A stretch of 64,000 nucleotides of DNA from a virus (taxonomy: Duplodnaviria; Caudoviricetes), in the IMG/VR virus record IMGVR_UViG_3300028888_000073, positions 1-64,000 of that record, one strand, 5' to 3'. The position numbers were made by a program, and so were the translations under genes. Shown here piece by piece: positions 10,487-21,006 of the stretch. Under the pieces are notes generated by a model. That model made no database searches. It was given only the letters and a program-made list of their open reading frames with translations, and was not told the origin of the DNA. How positions within the stretch are numbered: position 1 is the stretch's first letter; the number at the start of each line of letters is the position of its first letter.

Positions 10487-11071
10487 TTAGTTATGGTTAT
10501 CCAATATCTCAACGTCAGCTACAATTTGACCTTGCATCTGCTTCTTACGTCTAAATAGTCGTGCATCATCCGTATACATTGTTAGTGTATTTCTGAATAA
10601 CACACCATTATTAATGTGCTCTACAGTATCGGAGTTATCCTCGATTTCGTCATTAAGAAACAAATTAAAGTTATGATCGTAGTCTAATCCATACTCAAAG
10701 TGCGCTTTCAGTGTTGGATGCTGACCTATATAGAATATTAACTCTCTCACTATTTCATCACAGGATACTCTATCAACCGTGAAAACATCAATCTGATAAT
10801 CAATCCTGATAGGTATGGACTGTGCGAAAATATTATAATTATCACTTCGATCTTTGAATCCGCCTATCATTTTTGCAGGAAAGTTGACATTGCTATTAAC
10901 AATTGAGTATCCTAAACGTGTAGTAGAAATTAGAGGAAATTTAACATCATCTCTATTAAGTTGTGCTGTGAACCTTATCGCGTTTTCTACCGGAAGTATG
11001 TAGATTGCATCAGAATTAAAAACTTTTCTGAAATTATCTATAATCGCTTTATCATAGCTAATTACACTCAT
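10487..11071 (-). CDS. Tail terminator/sheath stabiliser (gp15-like)
   Basis: KFPLISTTR, PIRIDYQIDVFT; located upstream of the sheath gene. Confidence 0.65.
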   Translation of the reverse strand: MSVISYDKAIIDNFRKVFNSDAIYILPVENAIRFTAQLNRDDVKFPLISTTRLGYSIVNSNVNFPAKMIGGFKDRSDNYNIFAQSIPIRIDYQIDVFTVDRVSCDEIVRELIFYIGQHPTLKAHFEYGLDYDHNFNLFLNDEIEDNSDTVEHINNGVLFRNTLTMYTDDARLFRRKKQMQGQIVADVEILDNHN

Positions 11072-11490
11072 ATAGAATTCTCCATAATATACTTTTTGTA
11101 CTTATTGTATGCCCGTCTAATCCAGTACATAGGCGGTATACTGTCATTTCCGTACTCAATAAGTCTCACGATGAAGTTTAGATTATTTGCTGTTCCAATC
11201 GCTCTAATGCCATGTTGAACAGCAAAATAGCATTTATTATTCGTTGTATCAAAGTGGCACGACAAAGAATTAACATACTGCATCATTATTGAATATAGAT
11301 TTAAGTTTTTTAGTTTATTAATGTAAGGTAGATTATTTAGCTTTGTTTGATATAAAACTATTTTTGATCTATCTATATATTGAATCAATACCTGTCGTAA
11401 CTTTGATAATGATACGTTGCACATGTGTATATAATCAGGTATGCTTACATTGTCTAAATCACTACAACTAATCGGATACCATATTTTCAT
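11068..11490 (-). CDS. Putative neck/tail completion protein
   Basis: RLIEYGNDSIPP...W motif like HK97-gp10-type proteins; neck context. Confidence 0.45.
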   Translation of the reverse strand: MKIWYPISCSDLDNVSIPDYIHMCNVSLSKLRQVLIQYIDRSKIVLYQTKLNNLPYINKLKNLNLYSIMMQYVNSLSCHFDTTNNKCYFAVQHGIRAIGTANNLNFIVRLIEYGNDSIPPMYWIRRAYNKYKKYIMENSI

Positions 11491-11492
11491 AT

Positions 11493-11969
11493 TTAATCAT
11501 CCAAGTTCATAAACACGTTATTTCTGTCTGAATAATCAGCCTTTTTGTCAGTTTTGTTAAACATAACAGGTGCAAGTTTACACATCCAACTGTCTGGAAA
11601 TTGTAAATTTGCTTGTATATCAGTTATAACAAACACCTTTTTGCTTTCAATTGGTTTAGGAGACACAATACTGATTCTGCAACCTTTACAGAGATTCAAT
11701 GCATCCATAGGCAGTTCTGCAAGATATGGTTTATCATCAGGAGTTTCAGATACCCATCCGTATTTACGTAAAGTTGTGATCTTAGGGTTTTCATCAAATA
11801 TTATATCCATTGAAATTTCCTCAGAGAATCCAAGTGGATTTTCCTCTGCATACATTGTAAACTGCATATCAATTGGATATTGATACAGAACCTTAATACC
11901 CAACAACTTTGCCATTTCCTTGAAGTATCCACAAAATATATTTGCATCATTTCTAGTAAGTAATCCCAT
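11493..11969 (-). CDS. Head closure/neck protein (gp14-like)
   Basis: Size, position in the head-tail module, TLRKYGW motif. Confidence 0.55.
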   Translation of the reverse strand: MGLLTRNDANIFCGYFKEMAKLLGIKVLYQYPIDMQFTMYAEENPLGFSEEISMDIIFDENPKITTLRKYGWVSETPDDKPYLAELPMDALNLCKGCRISIVSPKPIESKKVFVITDIQANLQFPDSWMCKLAPVMFNKTDKKADYSDRNNVFMNLDD

Positions 11970-11984
11970 AAAATCACCTATTGA

Positions 11985-12566
11985 TTATCCCCAAATATAT
12001 TCCTCTGCCAACTCTGGATTTGCTCTGATATACTCTAGCCACACCTTTGCCGCCGCAGGAACCCATCTCTTTCCATAAAGCACAGACAGAACGTGTTTAC
12101 ATACATACCCTTTGTTATTTTTAACATTTCTAACAGTAGGTGGTCTATTTTCCGGTTCACCGTACTTAGCATCAGCCTTTGTGAGCCAGTATGCGAATCT
12201 GTACCTAAAGTCAGGACATGTACAGTTTATATAGAGATCATCTGTATCAAGAGATTTAGTAAGACATCTACTAAGTAGTTGGATGTTTATTCTTTTCCAT
12301 CTATTCTTACCTGACCATCCTCTGACATAGTTGTACAAATTCTGAAAAGCACCCTCAAACGAAATAGTAACAACATAATCACCTACAGTTGTTGACCAGA
12401 CAAATTCATCATCTTCAAACAACTTAACAAAATCAACATTGTCAAAGTCTTTCTGTCTGAAATAATTCTTAATCTTAGCAAATCTGTCAGGTGATTCCTG
12501 CTTTGATCGTCTTATAATCTGATTTCTAGTTATTTCATTTAAGGGTGATTTATTATAATATTTCAT
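11985..12566 (-). CDS. SWIM zinc-finger protein
   Basis: CTCPDF...CKH motif. Confidence 0.75.
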   Translation of the reverse strand: MKYYNKSPLNEITRNQIIRRSKQESPDRFAKIKNYFRQKDFDNVDFVKLFEDDEFVWSTTVGDYVVTISFEGAFQNLYNYVRGWSGKNRWKRINIQLLSRCLTKSLDTDDLYINCTCPDFRYRFAYWLTKADAKYGEPENRPPTVRNVKNNKGYVCKHVLSVLYGKRWVPAAAKVWLEYIRANPELAEEYIWG

Positions 12567-12596
12567 AAATAAATCACCCCTAGTATTATAAGTTAA

Positions 12597-13763
12597 TTAC
12601 TTGCGGTTTCTGCGAACAGATTCACTCAGAACCTTACCAGAAACAGAATATCTGTTATTGTTCTCTTTTGCAATGTAGTCATACTTTAGAATCTTCGGAA
12701 CAATCGTATCCTTTGTCATGAAGCACTCAACAATGAAGGATGCCTTATTGGTCTTTACAGACTCAGTGAACGGACCGTATTCTTTGAATCTCAGAGACAT
12801 TCTTCCGCTAGACGGCTTGAAGTTCTCACATACAAACTTGATCGGACGCTTGTTACCCTTAGTAGTTGTAACAGTACCTTCAAGTGTCAGTCTACCTCTA
12901 CGAACGCTACCGCTAGAAATTCTAACAAACTTAACATTTGCATAGTTTTCCTTTGCAAAAGTTGTAAGCATTCTGTTGAAAGACTTCTCATCGAACTGAT
13001 AAGAACTTTCGGACATCTTGCTTGTAGGCTTTCTATTCAGAACGGTCTTTTTCTCACTAACAGGAACACGCTTTGCAGTCGCTTTAGCAGGTCTGCGTGT
13101 TCTCACAGATTCAGCCTTTCTACGCATAGTACGTGCTCTTGATCTCTTAACAGATTCCTCAAAGTCATCATCGTCTTCATCTTCGTCTTCAAAATCTGCA
13201 TCATCAAATTCAGCATCGTCAAAATCGTCATCTGCGCCGTCAGCATCTTCGTCTTCATCTTCGCCGCTGATATCTTCCTCATCTTCATCAGAAAGTTCCT
13301 CAGTAGGAGTGATAACGCCGACAACAATCTGATCACCAGTTTCACCACAAACAGGGCATTCGGTGTCTTCAATTTCAAGTTCCTCAGTGATATCTGCGTC
13401 AGTAGTGTAGTTAGCACCGCAGATTGCACACTTACATACGTGCTGACCAACAAGGTCTTCTGCCGCTTCTTCTGCTTCCTCAGTATCTTCCGGAACTTCA
13501 TCCATTTCAGGATCAATTACAAGCACAACATCGTCATCCGGAGTGTAATCAGATGTAACTTCGGAATCTTCTGCATCCTCTGCTTCAAGGAATCTGGAAA
13601 GGCTCTCTAGCTTAATCTTATTGCACGGAATATTGAACGGCTTTCTAGCTTTCTTACTTCTGCGCTGTGCAGACTCCTTCATGCTCTTTTTAGCAGTCTT
13701 CGGAGTTTCACTAGATTTCTTTAGTTCCTGATTTGTCAGTTGAAAAACATTAAGGTCTGCCAT
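12597..13763 (-). CDS. Acidic, zinc-ribbon, Arg-rich protein; probable prohead core/internal protein
   Basis: Likely start MADLNV (GAAAGGA RBS); CxCxxC and CPVC motifs; long D/E tract; multiple E-S-V-R/K motifs. Confidence 0.55.
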   Translation of the reverse strand: MADLNVFQLTNQELKKSSETPKTAKKSMKESAQRRSKKARKPFNIPCNKIKLESLSRFLEAEDAEDSEVTSDYTPDDDVVLVIDPEMDEVPEDTEEAEEAAEDLVGQHVCKCAICGANYTTDADITEELEIEDTECPVCGETGDQIVVGVITPTEELSDEDEEDISGEDEDEDADGADDDFDDAEFDDADFEDEDEDDDDFEESVKRSRARTMRRKAESVRTRRPAKATAKRVPVSEKKTVLNRKPTSKMSESSYQFDEKSFNRMLTTFAKENYANVKFVRISSGSVRRGRLTLEGTVTTTKGNKRPIKFVCENFKPSSGRMSLRFKEYGPFTESVKTNKASFIVECFMTKDTIVPKILKYDYIAKENNNRYSVSGKVLSESVRRNRK

Positions 13764-13789
13764 GAAAAATCTTCCTTTCGTTATCATAT

Positions 13790-14482
13790 TCAATCAATCG
13801 GAAAAACAAGATCAACATTAGTCCTAAGATATGTTAAAATTTCTTGAATTTCCGTATTTGCTTCAGACAGTAATTGCTCACCGTCTAGGCTATACTGTGA
13901 TGAATTTAGCGTGTACTTACTACGAATACGCCCAATAACTTGTTTTGCATATGCAGTTGCAAGTTTAAGTATAATATCAACCCAAAATACTTCCGTAATT
14001 TCTTCTACGTCCTTATAGTCCGGTATATATTGGATTGTGATCATATTTGTAAACGGCGGATTCATCGTCACGCTCAATTTCTTTGTGTGTGCATCCCATA
14101 TAAAATCTAAATCAGTGGATATTGTATTGATTTCTTGTAGTCTCAGCATTCTATTAAGATAATCATTTACATTTGTGACTGCTGAATATGTTTGATTAAG
14201 ACCAAAGACATCCAATGTATTCATGGATAGGCTGTTGTATGAATTAGGACGCATGACATTTACAACGCTGTACACATTCTTATCACTAAGATCAAGTGTT
14301 GCACCGACACCGTTAGTTGAAACACCAAATGGAACTGTCATGTACGCTGGAGTTGTAACATATCGTTTTACTTCTCTGAAAGCCCTATTCACACATCTAG
14401 GTAGGTCTTTCTCAATTTCAACATCTAATACACTACCACCTAATGAAAAATTAATTTCATCAACATATTCTGCTAATGTCAT
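13790..14482 (-). CDS. Head-tail adaptor/neck protein (gp13-like)
   Basis: LGG...VEI; W...LATAYAKQVIGRIRSKY...LDGEQLLSEA typical of gp13-like proteins. Confidence 0.8.
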   Translation of the reverse strand: MTLAEYVDEINFSLGGSVLDVEIEKDLPRCVNRAFREVKRYVTTPAYMTVPFGVSTNGVGATLDLSDKNVYSVVNVMRPNSYNSLSMNTLDVFGLNQTYSAVTNVNDYLNRMLRLQEINTISTDLDFIWDAHTKKLSVTMNPPFTNMITIQYIPDYKDVEEITEVFWVDIILKLATAYAKQVIGRIRSKYTLNSSQYSLDGEQLLSEANTEIQEILTYLRTNVDLVFPID

Positions 14483-14886
14483 TTGATCACATCCAGTAAC
14501 AGCTTGACTAGGGTTTTCACAGAATTGTTTTTACGGTATTTTATGTTCAAGTCATCACATAAATTAAACAAGTCCTCTTTACTCATACTCAGTAATTGGT
14601 CTTCTGTGTAGAAATTTTCTTCGTCTATTACGTATTCTTGTTCTAGGTTATTTTCCTCTGACATAACTTTTTTGATATCAGATTCATTTGAATATACGGA
14701 TATACCGCATCCAAGTAGCACACTCTTATTTAAGTTAGTCCAGAATGAGAATTCTTCATCAGAGACATCCAATATCTTGTATTCATTTGGTTTTAACTCT
14801 AAAGCCTTACCATTAATACGTGTGATTGTATGGAAAATATCTCTATCATTTTTAATAAGAATCTTCATAACATTTTCTCCGAACAC
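14479..14886 (-). CDS. Protein with a Rho-N/HeH-like C-terminal helix pair
   Basis: LLSMSKEDLFNLCDDLNIKYRKNNSVKTLVKLL. Confidence 0.55.
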   Translation of the reverse strand: MFGENVMKILIKNDRDIFHTITRINGKALELKPNEYKILDVSDEEFSFWTNLNKSVLLGCGISVYSNESDIKKVMSEENNLEQEYVIDEENFYTEDQLLSMSKEDLFNLCDDLNIKYRKNNSVKTLVKLLLDVIK

Positions 14887-14910
14887 AAATTATCTCCACT
14901 TAATAGTAGG

Positions 14911-14944
14911 TGCAAGACAAGGCGGAGGATGACCTTGCCTTGCA
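14911..14944 (-). terminator. Stem-loop after the Ig-domain gene
   Basis: TGCAAG-ACAAGG...CCTTG-CCTTGCA imperfect inverted repeat. Confidence 0.45.
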
Positions 14945-14983
14945 CACATATGATAAAGGCTATTGCCTGAATCAAGCTATATA

Positions 14984-15532
14984 TTAGCTAAATGTTACAG
15001 TACAAGATGCAATTGCAGTAACGCCGTCAACAGTGATTGTACCAGTGATGATAGCTGTACCCGCCGCAACCTTTGTTACCGTACCACCAGAAACAGTAGC
15101 AACGGATGTATCAGAAGATGTCCATGTTACAGTCTGACCTGCCGGAGTAGTAGTTGCAGTAATAGTACCTGCCGCCGTCATTGTGGTCTTATCGAACACA
15201 ATAGAAACTTCCTCTAGCTTAGAAGTAGTACCAGTTACAGTAATATCGCAACCCGCAACTTCAAGCTGTTTGTAGTATGCGAACTCATTTGCATTGTCAT
15301 CAGCAATTTGCAGAGTAAGAATATTTCCTGCCGGAAGTTTGAAATACTGAACTTTGTTAAACAGCGGAACATATACAGCACCATCATTAACGGAAGCAAT
15401 ATCAGCCATGTACTCATTGTACGGAACTGCCGGAGTAGTAATACCAGTCGGAGAGATAACCGTAAAGTTAAGCTGTTCAGCTACAACCGTAGGATTGGTG
15501 TTCTTATTAACAATCTTAACAGTAGATGCCAT
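14984..15532 (-). CDS. Capsid decoration protein with a bacterial Ig-like (Big_2) domain
   Basis: VTWTSSDTSVATVSGGTVTKVAAGTAIIT; immediately downstream of the major capsid gene. Confidence 0.8.
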   Translation of the reverse strand: MASTVKIVNKNTNPTVVAEQLNFTVISPTGITTPAVPYNEYMADIASVNDGAVYVPLFNKVQYFKLPAGNILTLQIADDNANEFAYYKQLEVAGCDITVTGTTSKLEEVSIVFDKTTMTAAGTITATTTPAGQTVTWTSSDTSVATVSGGTVTKVAAGTAIITGTITVDGVTAIASCTVTFS

Positions 15533-15575
15533 AATCTATTTCATCCTTTCAATATTAAAAATTTATAATTAGCAT

Positions 15576-15600
15576 AAAGTGGATTTAGAAAACCCACTTT
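15576..15600 (-). terminator. Stem-loop after the major capsid gene
   Basis: AAAGTGG...CCACTTT inverted repeat. Confidence 0.55.
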
Positions 15601-15620
15601 ATGCAATTAACAATTTAATC

Positions 15621-16976
15621 TTAGCCAGTGATTCTACCACGCAGATACATCTTACCATTGACCATCTTAGTGCCGTAAGATGTAGCGTAACCTTGCTGTC
15701 CTCTGAAATCAGCAGGCATCAGAACATCAGTAGATGCTACAGGCATGTAGGGTGCATATACAAAACCCGTTTCCAAAAAGTTTGTACCCTTATAACCAAG
15801 AACAAATACATCCGGATCAATCAGCGGAACAACGTAGCACTTATAACGTCCGCCAAGAGTACCGATGAAGTGCGGACCAACTGCATCAGTTGCACCAGTG
15901 CCATCGAAGTTTCTCATGCACTCAATAACAGCAGAAACATTAGAACCGCAAACGATGAAGTTAGGCTGAACTCTCTGTGTTGCGTTGAAGATAATCTTCG
16001 CGCCCTCAGTGATTCTTACCCAGAAGCTATCGTAGTGATCGGTAATATTAACGCCAGTAGGCGGAATCTTAGACCATGTAAGTTCTGCACCCGCAGAAGC
16101 CTGATGAACAAGCTGTGATACGACTTCTGTATCAATTTCGTGTGCGATTTCACCTGCCGCCTGTGCGGACATAACGTCAAGAATCTCTGCACCATACTGC
16201 TGTTTGAGGTCATAAGCGGCATCAAAGCCCCAATATGCGGCTAGCTTTCTGGACTTTGCAAAGATCGGAATCTGTGCAAGAGAGAGGTTGATTTCCGGAA
16301 CTTTCAGGTCAGGAACTTGCTCGTTGTTGTACTCGTAGTTAGCAGTTGCACCACCAGTAACAGTAGCCGCAGAAATAGCACCAGTTAGATAATCAATAGA
16401 ACCAACATTAGAACCATCAGCGGTATTAACAAGGTTTCCTGCCTTATCGTCAATGTAAACAGTACCATCCGGCAGAGTAATCTGAATAGTACCCGGAAGA
16501 ATAGGAGTGAACTCAAAGTTTACGCCGTCCTCAACGACTTCATCCTTAATGTCTCTGGAAGTGTAGTAGGGATCAGAGCGACCAGTATAAAGAGAGTTGT
16601 TGAACATTGTTCCCGCAGTAGTTGCACCTTTATCAGTACCATAGGTAAATCTCAGATAAGAAATCATACCTGCCTTCGCTTCAAGAGCCTGTGTAGAAAC
16701 AATATCCGGAGTAATCAGATTCGGAACAACGGAAGTCAGCATATCCATGAAGAAAGTCTTGCTAGGAATATTAGCAGTGTTGGTAGCTTCCGTCATCAGC
16801 TTCGTATTATTAAGAGTTGTAGCAAGAGCAACTTTCTTTTCAAGAGTGAGGTGCTTACCATAAGCCTTTTGCTGAACTCTGTCAGCCGCGTTGATGTATT
16901 TCTCAAACATCTTCATCTTAGTACGACCTACAGACTTAGAAAGAATCTGCTCACAGAACATATCAGAACGTGCCAT
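15621..16976 (-). CDS. Major capsid protein (T4 gp23-like)
   Basis: AKSRKL, DLKQQYG, EIAHEIDTEV, GYKG...GFVYAPYMP, TSYG motifs; probable propeptide cut at LMTE/A. Confidence 0.95.
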   Translation of the reverse strand: MARSDMFCEQILSKSVGRTKMKMFEKYINAADRVQQKAYGKHLTLEKKVALATTLNNTKLMTEATNTANIPSKTFFMDMLTSVVPNLITPDIVSTQALEAKAGMISYLRFTYGTDKGATTAGTMFNNSLYTGRSDPYYTSRDIKDEVVEDGVNFEFTPILPGTIQITLPDGTVYIDDKAGNLVNTADGSNVGSIDYLTGAISAATVTGGATANYEYNNEQVPDLKVPEINLSLAQIPIFAKSRKLAAYWGFDAAYDLKQQYGAEILDVMSAQAAGEIAHEIDTEVVSQLVHQASAGAELTWSKIPPTGVNITDHYDSFWVRITEGAKIIFNATQRVQPNFIVCGSNVSAVIECMRNFDGTGATDAVGPHFIGTLGGRYKCYVVPLIDPDVFVLGYKGTNFLETGFVYAPYMPVASTDVLMPADFRGQQGYATSYGTKMVNGKMYLRGRITG

Positions 16977-17018
16977 AATTATAACATTCCTTTCAATATT
17001 TAATTTAGTAATTAGTCA

Positions 17019-18701
17019 TTACAGTGAATTTAGTGTAAGACTGAGAAAAGATTCTAGCTTACCGTCATTATATTGTTCATCTGTCATAGGCTTTGTGCTA
17101 AGTTTTTCAATGATCATGTTATTGGAAAAAGAATTATTATCAGTCAAGCCGAACTTATTGTGCCTATCTAAATCACTTCTAATTGTTGTTGCAATTTTTT
17201 CAATGTCTTCTGGACTCTTGCATTTTTCAATTGATTCGGTCATAAGTTCTTCACTAATGCCGTAAATGTTAGCGCATTTAGATGCATAAGTTCTCTTAAA
17301 GTCTGCTAGTGACTTTTCAACTTTTTCCATTCTAAGTTTCTGCTCCCTCAATTCTGCGGATGAATTATTGAGTCTTTCTTTAAGATCAACTACAGTATCT
17401 TTCTGTGATTCTAATTTAGACTGTGCTTCGGATAATAGCCGTGAATATTCGTCAACCTCAGAATCAATATCTCTCAGTTCATGAGAATGTGTTTTGGAAA
17501 GATCATCAATCCTAGAATTAAGATTTGCAATTTCCTGCTTAGAATTACTTAGCTGTTCCCGTAAAGATGATATTTCATTTGATTTACTCAGACTATCAGA
17601 TTTATAATCATTTATAATATCTTCTTTTTCTCTGACTCTAAATTTCAAGTCAGAATTCTCACCGATAATTCTTTTAAGTTTCTGATTAGTTAAATCTGCT
17701 CGTTTGTCTACCTTTTCAAAATCTTCATCAAGTTTCTTTACGGCGTTCTTATACCTCTTGACAGATTCATTAGAAGCATAAGAAGATTTTTTGAGATTTT
17801 TAATAATCTCTTTAAGTTCTTGTACTTTGGCTTCTTTTTGATTCAGTGATTCAATGTAACGTGTTTCTCTGTGCTTGTACGCAGACACCTTTTTACGGAG
17901 ATCAGTGATACAACTATACAGCTTCTTATCATCTCTAATAGTTTTAGCCGACATACTGTTTTTAGTTGACTCAATTAATTCTTCCTTGTCAGATGAAATA
18001 GTATTTCCCTCTTGCAGTGCCTTGCATTTATCTTCAATGGATTCTACAAGAGAATCCACATCAGAACTAGATAGTTCGGATGTTCTAACAACAGATCGAA
18101 TAATATTCAAATCTGCTGTAGATGTTGCATCGCTAATTTGGCGTTGCACCGATTCTTTGAAACTTTTCTTTGAAATTGACTCAGACACGCTTTGTCTTGC
18201 CTTTTCCACAGCCGGAGTAGACACAACGTCAAAACATGCGAATTCGTAAGAATCAGCTTCAACAATTTCTCCATCCGCAGATTCAACGATGTCTCCTTGA
18301 CCTCTACTAGACACACCGACAACTGAACCGTAATCAACAATACTTTTCAGTGTACGTCCGTCCGGAGTATCAAGAATATCGAATGTTCCGTAGATCAGAC
18401 CATTTTCCTCATCAATTTCATATCCCGTCATAACGATACAGGCATATTTCATCAGTGGTTCAAAACGATCTTCCGGATGGTCAAGTTCTCCGTAAAGTGT
18501 TTTGTTTTCAAGCGATTCCTTAAATAGAGAATCATTGAAAACTTTCTTCCACAGATCAAGCGGATAAAGTCTACCATTTCTAGTCGGATTCTTGAAATCT
18601 GCACAAACACCTTTTAGCTGTCCAAGACATCCTTTGCGTGGGGCTTTACTCTCTGTCAGTTTCAAAGAATTCATTCTTGTTTCAATTAAAACTCTTTTCA
18701 T
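17019..18701 (-). CDS. Prohead protease (gp21-like) fused to a coiled-coil scaffold domain
   Basis: NGRLYP, GELDHP, ILDTPDG, GVSSRGQG, FDVVSTPA; about 350 aa coiled-coil C-terminus. Confidence 0.92.
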   Translation of the reverse strand: MKRVLIETRMNSLKLTESKAPRKGCLGQLKGVCADFKNPTRNGRLYPLDLWKKVFNDSLFKESLENKTLYGELDHPEDRFEPLMKYACIVMTGYEIDEENGLIYGTFDILDTPDGRTLKSIVDYGSVVGVSSRGQGDIVESADGEIVEADSYEFACFDVVSTPAVEKARQSVSESISKKSFKESVQRQISDATSTADLNIIRSVVRTSELSSSDVDSLVESIEDKCKALQEGNTISSDKEELIESTKNSMSAKTIRDDKKLYSCITDLRKKVSAYKHRETRYIESLNQKEAKVQELKEIIKNLKKSSYASNESVKRYKNAVKKLDEDFEKVDKRADLTNQKLKRIIGENSDLKFRVREKEDIINDYKSDSLSKSNEISSLREQLSNSKQEIANLNSRIDDLSKTHSHELRDIDSEVDEYSRLLSEAQSKLESQKDTVVDLKERLNNSSAELREQKLRMEKVEKSLADFKRTYASKCANIYGISEELMTESIEKCKSPEDIEKIATTIRSDLDRHNKFGLTDNNSFSNNMIIEKLSTKPMTDEQYNDGKLESFLSLTLNSL

Positions 18702-18743
18702 TACCGTATCACCCCTTTATTTAATATGTATATGTAGAAAATG

Positions 18744-19205
18744 TTAATCTAAAATTAGTTTAACATCATTTCTATTATTATTAACAGATTGAATTAGCAA
18801 ATCGGCATTCCCTGTATTGAAGTATTCATAAATACCTTTTGACAGATCATTAAGTCCTAAACACTCAATGAAATTATTCTGTCTATCTGTATTATTATCG
18901 TCAGAGTATAGATGCTCAATTGCAATAATTCCCTGTGTAATAATACTTGTAGCAATTTTAATATAATTGCTTATTGGCTTACCCTCACACGTTAAAATCT
19001 CCTTTATAATCTTATGTGCTTTACTATTAAGATTCATATAGAAATTAACAATGTCATTGGTTTTGTCAGATTTGAAACTTTCTATTAGTTCCTTTGGCGG
19101 AACATTCTCTCTGATTACACGATCAACAATCTCCTTATGTTTTTCGTCATCTATAAAGTTCATTTCTGACAGTGCAACTAAGCAATCATGCTTTGTCAGT
19201 ATCAT
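18744..19205 (-). CDS. Hypothetical protein in the head module
   Basis: GGAGG RBS; lies between portal and protease genes. Confidence 0.7.
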   Translation of the reverse strand: MILTKHDCLVALSEMNFIDDEKHKEIVDRVIRENVPPKELIESFKSDKTNDIVNFYMNLNSKAHKIIKEILTCEGKPISNYIKIATSIITQGIIAIEHLYSDDNNTDRQNNFIECLGLNDLSKGIYEYFNTGNADLLIQSVNNNRNDVKLILD

Positions 19206-19218
19206 AATACATCCTCCA

Positions 19219-20991
19219 TTATGATTCAGGTGTCATAGACGGTTCTTCTCCAATTTCAGGTTCACTTGTTCCAATATCGGTTTCTTCAAAGTCTGAATCA
19301 AAGTCTCCGCCCATGCTAGGAGCACCGCCGCCACCGCCTACAGAACCGCTGAAATTAACATCAAATCCGTTGTCCCCATTACTATCAAATCCATTATTAG
19401 GATCAGCCATAGCAGGATATTTATCAAGAATTTCCGTAATGTCTGATAGATTCAGGAACTCATTCAGAATCCATTTAACAACTTCAAGAATACCCTTTTC
19501 ATTTGTCTTTCCATCAATCATATCAATGATAGAACTTGCAAAATCAAGGTGCGCTTGCATTTGTTCATCGCGTTCTGTATCCTCTATAGTTGCAGGAGAT
19601 ACCATTTTTATAGTAAATTTATCTATATAATCTAAACCTTTGTCAGTAAATAGGATATTTAACAATTTTGTAATACCAGTTATATATGCTTTCTGTATTC
19701 TCATAACTGTGTGTGCATATCTTGAACTCAGCTTTGTAAGAGATGTACCATTTCCAAGTCCTTCCGGTGCATCATAGTTTAGATACTGTTTCGGAATCTT
19801 TAGTGCAGACAGCTTCTTATTGTTAAAATAGTCAACGTCCACAATATCTTTAATGTTTACATCGCCGCCAAGAGTGTTCGGTGTGATAACACCTTTTCCA
19901 TCTCTAGTAGGAATGTATACAATATTCTCCATCGGTCCGGGAGAATTATATGAAGATACCATTCCATTTTGAGTTGTAAGTGCCATTTTCTGCTCTAGTA
20001 GATTCTTAACTCTTCTAAGTAACGCTTCTACCTCAGACTTAGGCATATCACCGACTTCAATCTGTAGCAGTCTAACTAGCGCAGATTTTGTAATTCTTGA
20101 AAGAAGCATACTATCTTCAAGAAGTTTAACAGTTTGTGACGCTTCGTAAGCATCTGCAAGAATTGATTTACCAGTTTTTACCTTGTAAACAGTGACCTCG
20201 CCTGTATTACTATCTGTAAGTGTAATCAATTCAGGATGTCTTTCAATATTTCCGGATAGACAGATATGAACAAATGATGTATTATTATAAATATTTACAT
20301 CTGAAATATCCATAGTATTTGATGAATAAATATTGCTCATAGAGGATGCTGTTTTAGATGGTTCTGCATTAATCATCTTAATGAATCCGGCAGTTTTATC
20401 CTTTACCTGTAGATCATAGATTGTTGCAGGATCATCAACATATTCAACATATTCATCAATTTTTCTACTTTCATCTTTTGGTTTAACTCTGACAAGTGAC
20501 TGTCCAGTCTTTGCGTAGTTAATTGCTTCACTATAATCAGACACATCACCATCTCGGTATAATCTAAAATAAACATCACCGTAAGCACATAGAGCATATA
20601 TATGTGTCCATGCATTATCATTAATTCCTAGAACATCAATAAGTCTGTTTGCGGCTTTTGCAATCTGCTGATCATCCGATTCTGCCCACACAATCTTTCC
20701 AGTACGATAATTATACTGTGTGGCATCATCTGCATACATTTCAATTGCGGCAGATATAGTGGCATCGTGTAGTAAATCTTCAAATTCATTGTAACGCTCG
20801 TATCTATTAGAAGATAATGTTCTGAATTTTTGAATAGCTTCTACATCAATAATAGAACCCGCTTCAGCATTCTTTGCTTGCTTATATGCAATATCATCCT
20901 TATCTTTTGTAAGATGCATACTCGTGTGTTCAATCTCATTAGGTTTAACTTTAATCCTAAATGCATCTTCAAGAAAACTTTTTAATCCCAT
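19219..20991 (-). CDS. Portal protein (gp20-like)
   Basis: ISAAIEMYADDAT, YGD, GKSIL, LLEDSMLLSRITK, IEVGDM, YIPTR, LKIPKQYL. Confidence 0.93.
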   Translation of the reverse strand: MGLKSFLEDAFRIKVKPNEIEHTSMHLTKDKDDIAYKQAKNAEAGSIIDVEAIQKFRTLSSNRYERYNEFEDLLHDATISAAIEMYADDATQYNYRTGKIVWAESDDQQIAKAANRLIDVLGINDNAWTHIYALCAYGDVYFRLYRDGDVSDYSEAINYAKTGQSLVRVKPKDESRKIDEYVEYVDDPATIYDLQVKDKTAGFIKMINAEPSKTASSMSNIYSSNTMDISDVNIYNNTSFVHICLSGNIERHPELITLTDSNTGEVTVYKVKTGKSILADAYEASQTVKLLEDSMLLSRITKSALVRLLQIEVGDMPKSEVEALLRRVKNLLEQKMALTTQNGMVSSYNSPGPMENIVYIPTRDGKGVITPNTLGGDVNIKDIVDVDYFNNKKLSALKIPKQYLNYDAPEGLGNGTSLTKLSSRYAHTVMRIQKAYITGITKLLNILFTDKGLDYIDKFTIKMVSPATIEDTERDEQMQAHLDFASSIIDMIDGKTNEKGILEVVKWILNEFLNLSDITEILDKYPAMADPNNGFDSNGDNGFDVNFSGSVGGGGGAPSMGGDFDSDFEETDIGTSEPEIGEEPSMTPES

Positions 20992-21006
20992 ACGGTTAAA
21001 CCTCCA

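Noticed and set aside
13018-13332. Poly-Ser + strand ORF
   Set aside because: Reverse-complement artefact of the GAT/GAA acidic tract.
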